IMG/VR virus record: IMGVR_UViG_3300037067_021792
Strand: one strand, 5' to 3'
Length of the DNA stretch: 64,000 nucleotides
Origin: a virus
Lineage: Duplodnaviria > Caudoviricetes
The translations under genes and the position numbers were made by a program. The notes under the pieces were generated by a model. It was not told where the DNA came from, searched no databases, and was given only the letters and a program-made list of their open reading frames with translations. The first letter of the stretch is position 1. Each line of letters begins with the position of its first letter. Positions 28,024 to 38,114 of the stretch are shown piece by piece.

Positions 28024-31000
28024 ATGGCAATATTTGACGATCCATCTGATATTATTTTAGACGAGAATACTGGGATTGCAGCCGATTGCAAAGTTTGTGA
28101 TGGAGACACGCCCGATGGATGCAATCCCTCGATAGGAGACATTACTAGTCCGATTATTGGACAAAATATACTCAGTGTGTTGCCGGGATGTTCTGCCACT
28201 GGCAATCCTGGTAATACAGGGCGCGACAAAATACCCCCGACTAGTGGCAAAGTAGCCAAGGCTATAGCTGGTGAGCATGCAAGCGCAGTGGCTGGAAACA
28301 TTGGGATTGTCAAAGCAAAAGTCATTATTTGGGATCATGATCCTGTTTTTGCTAGAGCACACCAGAAACTTTCATTCCCGTTTTCTGAAAATACAGCAGA
28401 GGCGATTGAGGGAGATCTAACTAATTTTGATTTTGTCGCCAATGCTGCGTCTTTGAGACCAGTATTTATACCTCACGATATGTTTGTTGGAACAATTAAT
28501 CATAGTTGCTCTTCACCTGACTGCACAATAGGGACTGGCGATGGATGGATGAGCCGATACATAGATATAGTAGGTTCGGCCAGGTCTAATTCGGGGAAAG
28601 TTGCTAGCCATAGATTACCGGGCGGACTAATATACGAATACCAAGATGTGATTAATTCATATGGGGCTACACTATTTGGGGCTAGCCAGGATTTTTTAAT
28701 ATCAATATTACCCTTAGACAAATTTATTGAGTCTGGTATATCAATAGATTATAATCCCTACTCTGGGAGGGATATATTCCCACACCAATTGTGGATACAT
28801 TCTGGAAATATATTTAGAAGAGGAGTATTTTCTCATCCGAGTACTGCGGATAGGTATACCGCCGCTCAGCTGGAGTTATTCGGTGAGAAATACGACATTG
28901 CAGATATTTTTGCTGAGGCAACATGGGATTATACACAACATAATGTAGAGGGATATATATCTTATTGGCCCACTCAACAAACTAACTGGGTCGGGGCATC
29001 GGCTACCTCTCAATCCACTCCGGGAACCACTAACACTACCTCATCCGATGGGATCCATTGGTCATTGCATAAATTTACACCTGTATGGCAGGGACAGGAT
29101 TTCTTCTTTAGTATCAATTTTTCGGAGGTCAGGCACGATAAAGCACAAATTGGCACAGCTCATGTTTTTAATATTGACTGGCCCGAATATCACTATTTAA
29201 TGTATACCAAACCAGAAAATGCCTCCAGCGATTGGATAGAAGGTATATCGAATGAGGCATTTTATATACCTCCACAGAAAACTACCGATCAATCCGGGTC
29301 TACAGTTATAACATCGGAAGCCGAAAGCGCAGCCAGAGATGCCGGGCGAAAAGCATATTGGTGGTCAAATAAAACATACCTCTTGATAGAGATAGGAGCA
29401 CTAGACCCAAATCACAATTATTTTATTGAAATATGTGAAGGTAGGTCTCCAAGATTATTACATTTGGGAGAGGAATGGGATCATCCAGACAGGTTGAGTA
29501 AAACAAAATTAGATCCGGAAGGTTGGACTTTTATAAAGAAATGCAGAGTGCTAAGCATCTATACGGCAGTAAAATCAGATGAACTTTTTACTCAGGGCAA
29601 TGGGTTCAGAGTGTCTGTGCAAAACCATCTAGGAAGATTTGTCATCACTTTTTCTGGGAAAGAGGACCAGCCCTGGGTGATCACACGAAGAGACAGAATA
29701 GTTTCTAGAGAGACGGAAAGTCAAAATAGTCGTAGAGAAGTAGTTCCTATGATTGTTCCTGCGGCCACTTTGAGAGTTCACGGCGGTAATATTAAGGGCT
29801 CTATTAATATTACTCCAACCGAATATATTAAAGGTGCAGATTTATTCTTTCCGGGTAAACAAGCAGATACAGGCGAGGCAACCGATAATGATATTTTTAT
29901 GACTTTCGCCCATTCTGGTAGTAGTAAATATTTCCAATCTACAGATTCCACTCATCCATCTGGCAGGAGATATTTTGATGATTTAAGATTTTTGGGACAG
30001 ACTATCGGGTATGATTGCGATTCCTATGAAGTAGTTGAGGTTCATAAAAATATTCATGAATCCATCAATTTATATTCCAATTTTAACAATCAGTATAGGA
30101 ACTATGGCAAGGGTTGGGTATATGATGTCGAACTGGACGATAAGGGATTGCCCCAGAGAGAAAAAGATGAAGATGGACGAGACCTTGGTTTGTTAAAACC
30201 GCATACATTATTAAATGGAATGCTGAACGCAGGAGGTTCACCTAGCCAATTAAAAATTTATAATACAAAATCTAGTAGTGGTGGAGCAAATTTTAGGCTA
30301 GGTCTCACCGATGATGACATGCCCGATTATCCATATAAGGATTACGTGTCATTGTTCGATGTGGGAATATCATTTAAGGCTGGCTCGGTTGCTGTATATC
30401 CAGCACGAGGTATTTTATACACACCTTCCACTTCTATCACAGTAGAGGGTGGAGAAATTGTCAATATTAATCCAACATATGATCCCACTGTTATAGTTCT
30501 AGATAGCCGAGCTAAAACGAAAGTTTTTGAGAATGTTATTACTCCTATAGCAACTAGTTGGAGATTAATTGTCCTTGAGGGCGGAAAGCCATTCGGGGGT
30601 AGTGTTGCATATTCTGAAATAACAGATGCAGATCCGACAGAGTTACAACCATCTCCGGTGTTCGGTTCTTCGGGCGATTTAGTGCCTAACGGTACTGGAC
30701 AGAAAATAAAGCCAATAGACATATCCGCATTAGTTACCAAAATTAACGATGGATGGACAGCAGATAACTATACGTATTTAAATCACGAGGCGAAAGTGAC
30801 CTGCTATTTACCTGTCGGAATACCCACCGGAGACGGACTTGGGAATCCAGAAAGTGATATATCTGAAAAAGAATTTATTGATGCTTTAACAGGAAATAGT
30901 CCAGTTGAAAGTTACTATTCACTTGGTCAGAAACTTAGAGAGCTGAATGACAAAACGTTTTATGTGACCATATCATATTGGTGGGATAATGGAATTGGAA

Positions 31001-32226
31001 AACGGCATGTCACTTCGAATGACAATAGCAATCCCGGTGGATTTGAGCCAGAAGATTTATTAATACAGATGACAGGAATTGCGTATGGGGCCGAATTCGA
31101 AAAATCGGTGAATAAGCTGTTTATGAATTTCACCGTTAAGGATTATATGACCATTTTGGATAAACAATACATATTTAACTCTCCTTTTTTTGATTCTGTA
31201 ACAGATATCGTGGCTATTTATGAAATTGCCAAAATGGCTGGATTAGATTCTACATCCAAAAGTGCAACTCCATATCTCGGAGCCATAGACCGAAGACCAC
31301 TTGGAGCGTTAGAACATATAATTATAAACTCGGATGATGCTTCAGGTGTTTTCCGATATAATGGCGAGAAGATGAAGTCCACAAGATATGATCTTCCGGG
31401 ATCTTACGCATCTCTTGCCGATCCACACGTAAAATTTAGGAATGGACAAAGCTATCTCGAATGTATGAAACAAATTGCACAATATTATGGAACAAAGGCT
31501 TTATATTTTGATCGCTGGGGTGTCTTAAGATTCGAAAACATTCCGGCCGTTGAAGCCAGTTTCAGATCTGGGCTAAGAGATCAAGATGTGGAATTCAAAC
31601 CAGTTTTTAACTTTTTTACAAGCCCGTTTGCGCTTTCTGGAGTTTGGCAAGGGGTAGAGGGATTTGATGTCCCGGATTTTAATCCGTGTGTAGATGCAGC
31701 TTCTCTGGTTTATAATGTGGTCAGATACCAAAGGAGCGTAGAAGACTGCGTGAATCAGATTGTATTAATGTCAGCTAGCAATGATATCCAAATGCCAGAT
31801 GGCAGCAGAACTGGCGGATTGATTGTTGAAGGATATACATTTTTTGAGCAAATATGGAACCCCGCAGCAGAAGGATTTATTGGTTTTAGAAAACCATTTT
31901 ATCAGTCGAATGGTGCATTTGGAGGATTGCAGCAAGTACGAAATGCCTTACAATACTATAGCAAAATGAAATATCCGCCTGCACAGATATCATTCGAAAC
32001 CTATGGAGTTCCAGGGTTAAAGGCGTTGGACATAATCACCCTCGATGGAAACCTATATTACATCACCGATATTGCACATGAAATAGATGCAAGAGAAAAT
32101 CGATGGTGGATGAATATTACTGCCGAATGGCTCAAACCGTTTGAAGGCAATCTTGGAATTTTAAGTGAAAAAGGAGATACTGATTCTGGTGCTAACGAAT
32201 CCGGGTCTAAAGGAATAATTATATAA
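28024..32226 (+). CDS. Baseplate hub/Tal-like tail protein with long N-terminal extension
   Basis: C-terminal LYFDRWGVLRF ... FETYGVPGLKALDIITLDG.LYYITDIAHEID, typical of hub-family C-termini. Confidence 0.7.
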   Translation: MAIFDDPSDIILDENTGIAADCKVCDGDTPDGCNPSIGDITSPIIGQNILSVLPGCSATGNPGNTGRDKIPPTSGKVAKAIAGEHASAVAGNIGIVKAKVIIWDHDPVFARAHQKLSFPFSENTAEAIEGDLTNFDFVANAASLRPVFIPHDMFVGTINHSCSSPDCTIGTGDGWMSRYIDIVGSARSNSGKVASHRLPGGLIYEYQDVINSYGATLFGASQDFLISILPLDKFIESGISIDYNPYSGRDIFPHQLWIHSGNIFRRGVFSHPSTADRYTAAQLELFGEKYDIADIFAEATWDYTQHNVEGYISYWPTQQTNWVGASATSQSTPGTTNTTSSDGIHWSLHKFTPVWQGQDFFFSINFSEVRHDKAQIGTAHVFNIDWPEYHYLMYTKPENASSDWIEGISNEAFYIPPQKTTDQSGSTVITSEAESAARDAGRKAYWWSNKTYLLIEIGALDPNHNYFIEICEGRSPRLLHLGEEWDHPDRLSKTKLDPEGWTFIKKCRVLSIYTAVKSDELFTQGNGFRVSVQNHLGRFVITFSGKEDQPWVITRRDRIVSRETESQNSRREVVPMIVPAATLRVHGGNIKGSINITPTEYIKGADLFFPGKQADTGEATDNDIFMTFAHSGSSKYFQSTDSTHPSGRRYFDDLRFLGQTIGYDCDSYEVVEVHKNIHESINLYSNFNNQYRNYGKGWVYDVELDDKGLPQREKDEDGRDLGLLKPHTLLNGMLNAGGSPSQLKIYNTKSSSGGANFRLGLTDDDMPDYPYKDYVSLFDVGISFKAGSVAVYPARGILYTPSTSITVEGGEIVNINPTYDPTVIVLDSRAKTKVFENVITPIATSWRLIVLEGGKPFGGSVAYSEITDADPTELQPSPVFGSSGDLVPNGTGQKIKPIDISALVTKINDGWTADNYTYLNHEAKVTCYLPVGIPTGDGLGNPESDISEKEFIDALTGNSPVESYYSLGQKLRELNDKTFYVTISYWWDNGIGKRHVTSNDNSNPGGFEPEDLLIQMTGIAYGAEFEKSVNKLFMNFTVKDYMTILDKQYIFNSPFFDSVTDIVAIYEIAKMAGLDSTSKSATPYLGAIDRRPLGALEHIIINSDDASGVFRYNGEKMKSTRYDLPGSYASLADPHVKFRNGQSYLECMKQIAQYYGTKALYFDRWGVLRFENIPAVEASFRSGLRDQDVEFKPVFNFFTSPFALSGVWQGVEGFDVPDFNPCVDAASLVYNVVRYQRSVEDCVNQIVLMSASNDIQMPDGSRTGGLIVEGYTFFEQIWNPAAEGFIGFRKPFYQSNGAFGGLQQVRNALQYYSKMKYPPAQISFETYGVPGLKALDIITLDGNLYYITDIAHEIDARENRWWMNITAEWLKPFEGNLGILSEKGDTDSGANESGSKGIII

Positions 32227-32275
32227 TTGGGGGAATTGTAGTATCTCACCCTCCAATAAAATCAAAGGAGTATTT

Positions 32276-32494
32276 ATGAGACGTAAACCAGCAGCATATG
32301 GGAAAATGAGTAGGATGATCGCAAATCCAGCCAAATCTATACCAGCCGTGGGCACCGTGCAATCTAGACAGATAACACTGAATGAAATATTCAAACAAAA
32401 TTTCATCTCGGATTATCAACAGGTTATGCTCAGGTTCTCTAATGCCGCAAGAGGATTGAAATTTGGCTCTCCGCCAATGTTTGTTTCTGCATAA
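32276..32494 (+). CDS. Small hypothetical tail-region protein
   Basis: AAGGAG RBS; 72 aa filling the gap between two large genes. Confidence 0.6.
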   Translation: MRRKPAAYGKMSRMIANPAKSIPAVGTVQSRQITLNEIFKQNFISDYQQVMLRFSNAARGLKFGSPPMFVSA

Positions 32495-32505
32495 GGATTT
32501 ATACA

Positions 32506-35500
32506 ATGCCCTCCAGCACTAAGCATTATGGTTTAGGATATTTTGATTTCAACGATAACCTTGGTATGGATTTCGCGGAAGAAATAGAGGTGAGTCGGTT
32601 TATTTTTATCGATAAGCAAATATACGGGTTGATGAGTATATTTGGCAATGGAGTTCTCAGCGGATGGCTGGCATCAGAATCTGGTCCGTTCGAGATTACT
32701 GTTAGTTCTGGCTCTGGCAATATCAACTTTACATCGGCAAAAACACAATTCCCGGAAACCGTTGTTAACCTTCCTCCTAATTCAGTTCAGTACTTATATG
32801 CCAAAAGATTGTCCAAAACAGGATTCGCAGAAAATATTGAATTTGCTCTGTCCGCCACACCAAGCGTAGCAGACCCTAATTTTTTATTATTGGCATCTAT
32901 TACTATTGGCCCAACATCTATCCAATCAATCGATAATACTGTTCGACAAGAAATAGGGTTCATTGAATTAATTAAGGCAGCTATTCGTCTACATAGGCAC
33001 AGGGGGGGATCATCTAACCCTTCTAAAATAAATTTAGAATCTGAAGTCAAAGGCCAATTGCCTTCATTTCGTATTGCGGATTTTGACGCAGATAAGATTA
33101 CCACCGGCACTTTTGACTTATCTCGAATGCCGATATTGGACCACCAGCAGTTATCTAACGTAGGAATTCTTACTCACCCCCAATTGGATAGTTTTGTTAA
33201 AAACCTAGAATATAATAACAAAGAGCTTTTCGGAGAAATTGGAACTGCTAATCTTTTGCAGCTAATTATTGCACTTAAAATGGTCTATGATGACCCCGAC
33301 TCGCCGATATATCTATCAAATAGAACTGTAGATGAGAATTTTATTAATGAATTTACAGTTATACCTGGCATAACTCCTAATTCTTACATTGATTTTGATA
33401 ATTCTACTGCAATTATTGATTTGAATCAGCATTATGTCCAAGGCACCACACCAACTACTGGAACATCATTTTATGTCAGATGGGAAACTGCCCTGGCATG
33501 GCAATCGGCTTATTTGAGAGATAAAATTGTCATAGTAGGAAATTCTGTTACTCTGGCTTTTAACGAGGAAGAGGGTGAACCAATTGTTATCGAAGGTTTT
33601 GAATCCGCTACTGCACCTGGCCAGAATCTGAGTGAAACAGATCAGAAATTATTCGAAAAACAAGTTATTATCTTGTCAGATAACGCAGGCATAACTGCTG
33701 ATTCCGGTGCCACAAATGTAATAGAGGGGTTTTACTCCGGCAAATTTAAGCATCAGCAAAGTTTCAGAGTGCAATTTGTAAAAACGTTTTCAACCCCACA
33801 AAACTGGTCAACCTATGACTCATTGGTTTTGTATATTAAATGCATTAATCAGGTTCACGGACCAGTTAAAATGTATTTACAAGATTCTAAATCTAATAAT
33901 AGCGTAGCATTTACTTTACTAGATACTAATGAGATAACAGAAGGCAACTATACCAATGATTTTAAAATATTTGTCATAAACTTATCAATAATACCATTTA
34001 GAGATGATGTCAAAAAAATAATAATTTATACGGACGATCTGGAAAATGATTTTAGTTTCAATATAGATTATATCAATATACAAAGAGCAGTTTTATTGCC
34101 TGAAAATGGCAGAATGCTAATTAGGTATTCTAGCAATACCAAATTAATATTTGCTAATGTTGAATGGAACTCAACAGAACCTGCTGGTACACTAACATCA
34201 ATCAGGGCAAGAGCAGCCAATGGAACTGTGCTTTTGTCAAGAGCAAATTGGACATCGAACTTAACTAGTGGTGATGTGTTAAATTTGGAAGGCACAGATA
34301 TAGAGTTTGAAATCAAATTGTTCCCCGATGCAAACAGAGTTTTTGCTCCAACTCTTAATTCTCTAAAAATGCTAGTTATCACTGAAGCAGAAATTGATGG
34401 TTTTAAAATTGATACCCTAGATGAATTTAGCAGAGGAACTGCACAAAATGTAAATGTGTCATCTGACCTATCATTAGATACTCCAATTTTCGTTAATTCA
34501 TACTACTTCTGTCTGGCGGGTAACGTATCACAAATACATGAAAACACGAGTGGAAGTATTACTTTTACAGAGAGCGAACTGTCCATTAATGGTTTGGACT
34601 CACCAATTGCACCAAATTCCGTCCTAAAGACCATAGAAAACAATTTGACTAGAGTTAATTCTTCAAGTATGTTTGCGCCGAAATCGGTCAGAAGATTAAC
34701 TGGACGATCCTTTTTAGTGGCAGATACATTTAATGATAGAGTGTTAGAATTTAATGAAGAGGGTGAACTGCTCTCGGGTCTTGGGTCTATCAATTATCAA
34801 CATTCGTCTAAAACATTTCCCATCGCGGCATGTGTTGATACAAGAACTAATATTCTGTATATCGTTTGGAGCAGAAGCGTATCGTTTCAATCTGTTAATA
34901 TGAGTAAGATTGTTGTTCAAACTGCCACAGAATCAGTACAGTTAATAAAAGATTTTGATAAAATAATGGGATTATCAACCTCTGAACTACAACAAGTAGA
35001 CGCAAAAGGGCAGATTATGCCGGTTCATTTATATTCTCAAAACGCAAGCACAATATCCACTTTCCCATCAACTGGTGCAAATATATTTGTATCTCCTGAC
35101 GCCATAACATCTGGAATTGATACTGATTCGGTTTTTTATCGAGCGATAAGAAGCGAGTTGGGTATTCCGCTGTATGTAGGTAAATTTGCATATATTAATG
35201 GAATCTTCACTCCTACTTGGGCAGATAAAACTGAAGATAATTCCTATATTATATCTAATGCGAAAATAGCGATTAAAGAATGGTCTTTTCCTGCTGCAAT
35301 ATTTGACGGAAAGACCGAAACATGGACGTTGAACTCTGGAGTTTCAAGTATTATCGAAGTAGATGAAAACAACCAAGTTATTTTAGGGTCTGACGTTTTG
35401 AGTTTTTCTCCGTTCATCCCTGGGCGTGCTCAGAAAATTACATCACACACGATGTTGGTTGCAGGGATAACGCCATCTGGAAAATCTGGAGATTCATCCC

Positions 35501-35859
35501 AGTTGAACTTCAGATCGATTGGTGGAACTGAAGATGACATGAAAGCACAAAAACAAATACTAAAACAAGTGTTTTTTGGGTCTGATACTTCATATAGAGG
35601 CTCTATGATTATTTTTGACACAAATACGAAATCTACCATATTTGAATATATATCACCCGAAGGAACCTTAATATCTGACGCGGATATCGACCCTATCACT
35701 GGACAGTATATTGTTGCCGAAAGTAGTTTTGATGTAGCAGGAAAAATAGTTAAAATAGATGCAGCAGGAAATGTTGTCTATAGCTATGGGGAAGGATTAT
35801 TTAGCCTAATAAATGATATCACAATGCAAATTGATGGGGCAATGGTAATATCAACATGA
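32506..35859 (+). CDS. Tail fibre/baseplate-associated protein with C-terminal NHL-like propeller
   Basis: N-terminal TKHYGL and GNGVLSG...ITVSSGSG; FLVADTFNDRVLEFNEEG repeat-like motif. Confidence 0.62.
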   Translation: MPSSTKHYGLGYFDFNDNLGMDFAEEIEVSRFIFIDKQIYGLMSIFGNGVLSGWLASESGPFEITVSSGSGNINFTSAKTQFPETVVNLPPNSVQYLYAKRLSKTGFAENIEFALSATPSVADPNFLLLASITIGPTSIQSIDNTVRQEIGFIELIKAAIRLHRHRGGSSNPSKINLESEVKGQLPSFRIADFDADKITTGTFDLSRMPILDHQQLSNVGILTHPQLDSFVKNLEYNNKELFGEIGTANLLQLIIALKMVYDDPDSPIYLSNRTVDENFINEFTVIPGITPNSYIDFDNSTAIIDLNQHYVQGTTPTTGTSFYVRWETALAWQSAYLRDKIVIVGNSVTLAFNEEEGEPIVIEGFESATAPGQNLSETDQKLFEKQVIILSDNAGITADSGATNVIEGFYSGKFKHQQSFRVQFVKTFSTPQNWSTYDSLVLYIKCINQVHGPVKMYLQDSKSNNSVAFTLLDTNEITEGNYTNDFKIFVINLSIIPFRDDVKKIIIYTDDLENDFSFNIDYINIQRAVLLPENGRMLIRYSSNTKLIFANVEWNSTEPAGTLTSIRARAANGTVLLSRANWTSNLTSGDVLNLEGTDIEFEIKLFPDANRVFAPTLNSLKMLVITEAEIDGFKIDTLDEFSRGTAQNVNVSSDLSLDTPIFVNSYYFCLAGNVSQIHENTSGSITFTESELSINGLDSPIAPNSVLKTIENNLTRVNSSSMFAPKSVRRLTGRSFLVADTFNDRVLEFNEEGELLSGLGSINYQHSSKTFPIAACVDTRTNILYIVWSRSVSFQSVNMSKIVVQTATESVQLIKDFDKIMGLSTSELQQVDAKGQIMPVHLYSQNASTISTFPSTGANIFVSPDAITSGIDTDSVFYRAIRSELGIPLYVGKFAYINGIFTPTWADKTEDNSYIISNAKIAIKEWSFPAAIFDGKTETWTLNSGVSSIIEVDENNQVILGSDVLSFSPFIPGRAQKITSHTMLVAGITPSGKSGDSSQLNFRSIGGTEDDMKAQKQILKQVFFGSDTSYRGSMIIFDTNTKSTIFEYISPEGTLISDADIDPITGQYIVAESSFDVAGKIVKIDAAGNVVYSYGEGLFSLINDITMQIDGAMVIST

Positions 35860-35896
35860 TCGGTATAATACAGCATTGAAATCGGAGTGGTTCACT

Positions 35897-36979
35897 ATGC
35901 AACTTGTCTATACTCATTACATGAATTACACAGGATATTCTATTGCGGCTCAGGACTATATTTTATCAATGTTAAAAAGCAATGTTCCATTTGATATTAA
36001 GGTGAAATGGTTGAACGCTGACCCCCAGACAGGGATAAGTGCTAATCGTAGACAAATATTTACCGCATTGAAAAATAAAAAAGATGCTCTGCCTCAGACT
36101 AATTTATATCATAGCATACCTAATCTATATAAGAATATTCCACACGCTTCAAAAAATATAGGCTTTGCTATATTTGAGACGATTAATCCCCCTAAAAAAT
36201 GGGCGGAAATAATGAATAATATGAATCGTATAATAACTGCATCTTCATTTAATAAAGGAGTTTTTGAGTCTATAGGCGTTAATGCTCCAGTGTCGGTCGT
36301 TCCTCACTGTTTTGACCCGGACCTATTCAACGCCGACGTGAAGCCAGTCGGCAGATATGGGATGACTACATTTTATAGCATGGGAACATGGAAGAACAGA
36401 AAGAATTGGGAGACTTTAATAAAAGCCTTTTACGACGCATTTGAAGACAAAAACAAGGTGTGTTTAGTAATTAAAACTGATAACCCCAAAAATCTACAAG
36501 CATTGGTAGCCAGAGTAAAAAGGTTTAGTGAGTGGAGAACCAAAAATACAGCCCCGATATATGCAGATAAGGCAGAGCATTGCGAATTTGAGGAAATTCC
36601 CAAATTAATGAAGAAAGGGGATATATATGTAAGCGCCAGCCTCGGCGAGGGATTTGCAATACCAGTTATGCATGCAATGGCATTGGGAATGCCGGTAATA
36701 GTTCCTCGATTTGGTGGGCTCCTAGAGTATGCTCTGCCACAGTTTGTCACTTATATAGAACCCGCAGGATATAAAGAATTTCCAGTAATGGACGGTGTCC
36801 CACAATTTGATAACTGTATATGGCCAGTTATTACTGTTGATGCAGTCAGGGATGCGATGAAAAAAGTATTCAATGACTACCCATCCGAAAAATCAAGAAT
36901 GGCATATGAATATGTGCATATTAATTTAACCTATAATATAATAGGTCCAAAGTTCAAAGAGGCTGTTTCAAATGATTGA
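35897..36979 (+). CDS. GT4-family glycosyltransferase
   Basis: TGYSIAA, VVPHCFD, RKNWETLIKAF, YVSASLGEGFAIPVMHAMALGMPVI. Confidence 0.9.
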   Translation: MQLVYTHYMNYTGYSIAAQDYILSMLKSNVPFDIKVKWLNADPQTGISANRRQIFTALKNKKDALPQTNLYHSIPNLYKNIPHASKNIGFAIFETINPPKKWAEIMNNMNRIITASSFNKGVFESIGVNAPVSVVPHCFDPDLFNADVKPVGRYGMTTFYSMGTWKNRKNWETLIKAFYDAFEDKNKVCLVIKTDNPKNLQALVARVKRFSEWRTKNTAPIYADKAEHCEFEEIPKLMKKGDIYVSASLGEGFAIPVMHAMALGMPVIVPRFGGLLEYALPQFVTYIEPAGYKEFPVMDGVPQFDNCIWPVITVDAVRDAMKKVFNDYPSEKSRMAYEYVHINLTYNIIGPKFKEAVSND

Positions 36980-38114
36980 ATTTCAAATTAATCCGATAAG
37001 TGGACACTCATTTTCTTATTTAGATGTTCAGTTTTTCATTAAATTTCCAGGCTCCGATGCCAGAATAGAAATATTTAATGATACCACAAAAGAACAGTTA
37101 GATATATTGTCCGTATCTTCCGGGAGAATAGAAAATGAAAATACTATTATATCAAAGGGCACAGACTCTATTAGTGGATACATTAACCTTTTTAACAAAG
37201 ATAAGATGAATGAAACTCTTAATAATTATCAATATGTAGAGCTGAAGTGCATAGTTCATCTCCCGGAAAATATATTTGAATCAACTGCGATATTCTATAA
37301 TGAAAGCAAATCCCTGGATTCTGATATAGTTCCTTTTGATTTGCTAATTGATAACCCCAATATTGACCTGGAACACAATATTCCGCTCAGCATGCACGTG
37401 CTAAGTGAATCAGAACAAAAGTTCGAGTTATCCATAAGAGGAGAAAATGAACGCGAATTTTGCGCGTTTCAGGTGATTGCATATGCAGGATCATCGCATG
37501 TTTTATTACCATCTGAAATTATCTGGTCTGACACAAAACATGTCCAGAAAACCGACAAAATGTATCAAATTTATTGGTGCAAACCCGAGGGGATAGACCA
37601 CATGGGGATGCGTGGTAGAAAATATATACCAATAAAAAATGCAACTATAATTTTAAGTGGAAACATGTCTCCATCCCCGCAACTTAGAAAGTCACCCACT
37701 GGAGTTGATCTGTCGCCAGATTTCGTTTTAAGTTCAAGATATTTTGTTCCAACGTGGAAAGGGTTCACAAGTTTAGGAGGATTGCAAAACGCATATTCAT
37801 TTAACAGAATGTCAAAAATTTCTAGGTTTTTGTTTGAATCGCAGGATATAAACGAAAAAACACAACAAAGCGCAGTGTCATCGTTCAGTGCGGATCAGAA
37901 GGTTGATATGTTTAGTTCTGCCAGGAGGGATCGAACTTACAAATTTAATTTGAAACCTGGCATAATAACAGAGTCATTTGCCAAATCCTATCAAAACCGG
38001 CGCATTCCATCGGCAACTAATCAAAAATACATCAAAACGTTTTCATCTTCGGAGACAATTATGACACCCTCAAAATCCCCTCAAAAAGGATGTGGATGCT
38101 CAAGGAAAAAATAA
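36972..38114 (+). CDS. Partner protein A of giant-protein cassette 1
   Basis: MIEFQIN...LLPSEIIW...RKSPTG; ends KGCGCSRKK; similar to 47623..48417. Confidence 0.7.
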   Translation: MIEFQINPISGHSFSYLDVQFFIKFPGSDARIEIFNDTTKEQLDILSVSSGRIENENTIISKGTDSISGYINLFNKDKMNETLNNYQYVELKCIVHLPENIFESTAIFYNESKSLDSDIVPFDLLIDNPNIDLEHNIPLSMHVLSESEQKFELSIRGENEREFCAFQVIAYAGSSHVLLPSEIIWSDTKHVQKTDKMYQIYWCKPEGIDHMGMRGRKYIPIKNATIILSGNMSPSPQLRKSPTGVDLSPDFVLSSRYFVPTWKGFTSLGGLQNAYSFNRMSKISRFLFESQDINEKTQQSAVSSFSADQKVDMFSSARRDRTYKFNLKPGIITESFAKSYQNRRIPSATNQKYIKTFSSSETIMTPSKSPQKGCGCSRKK

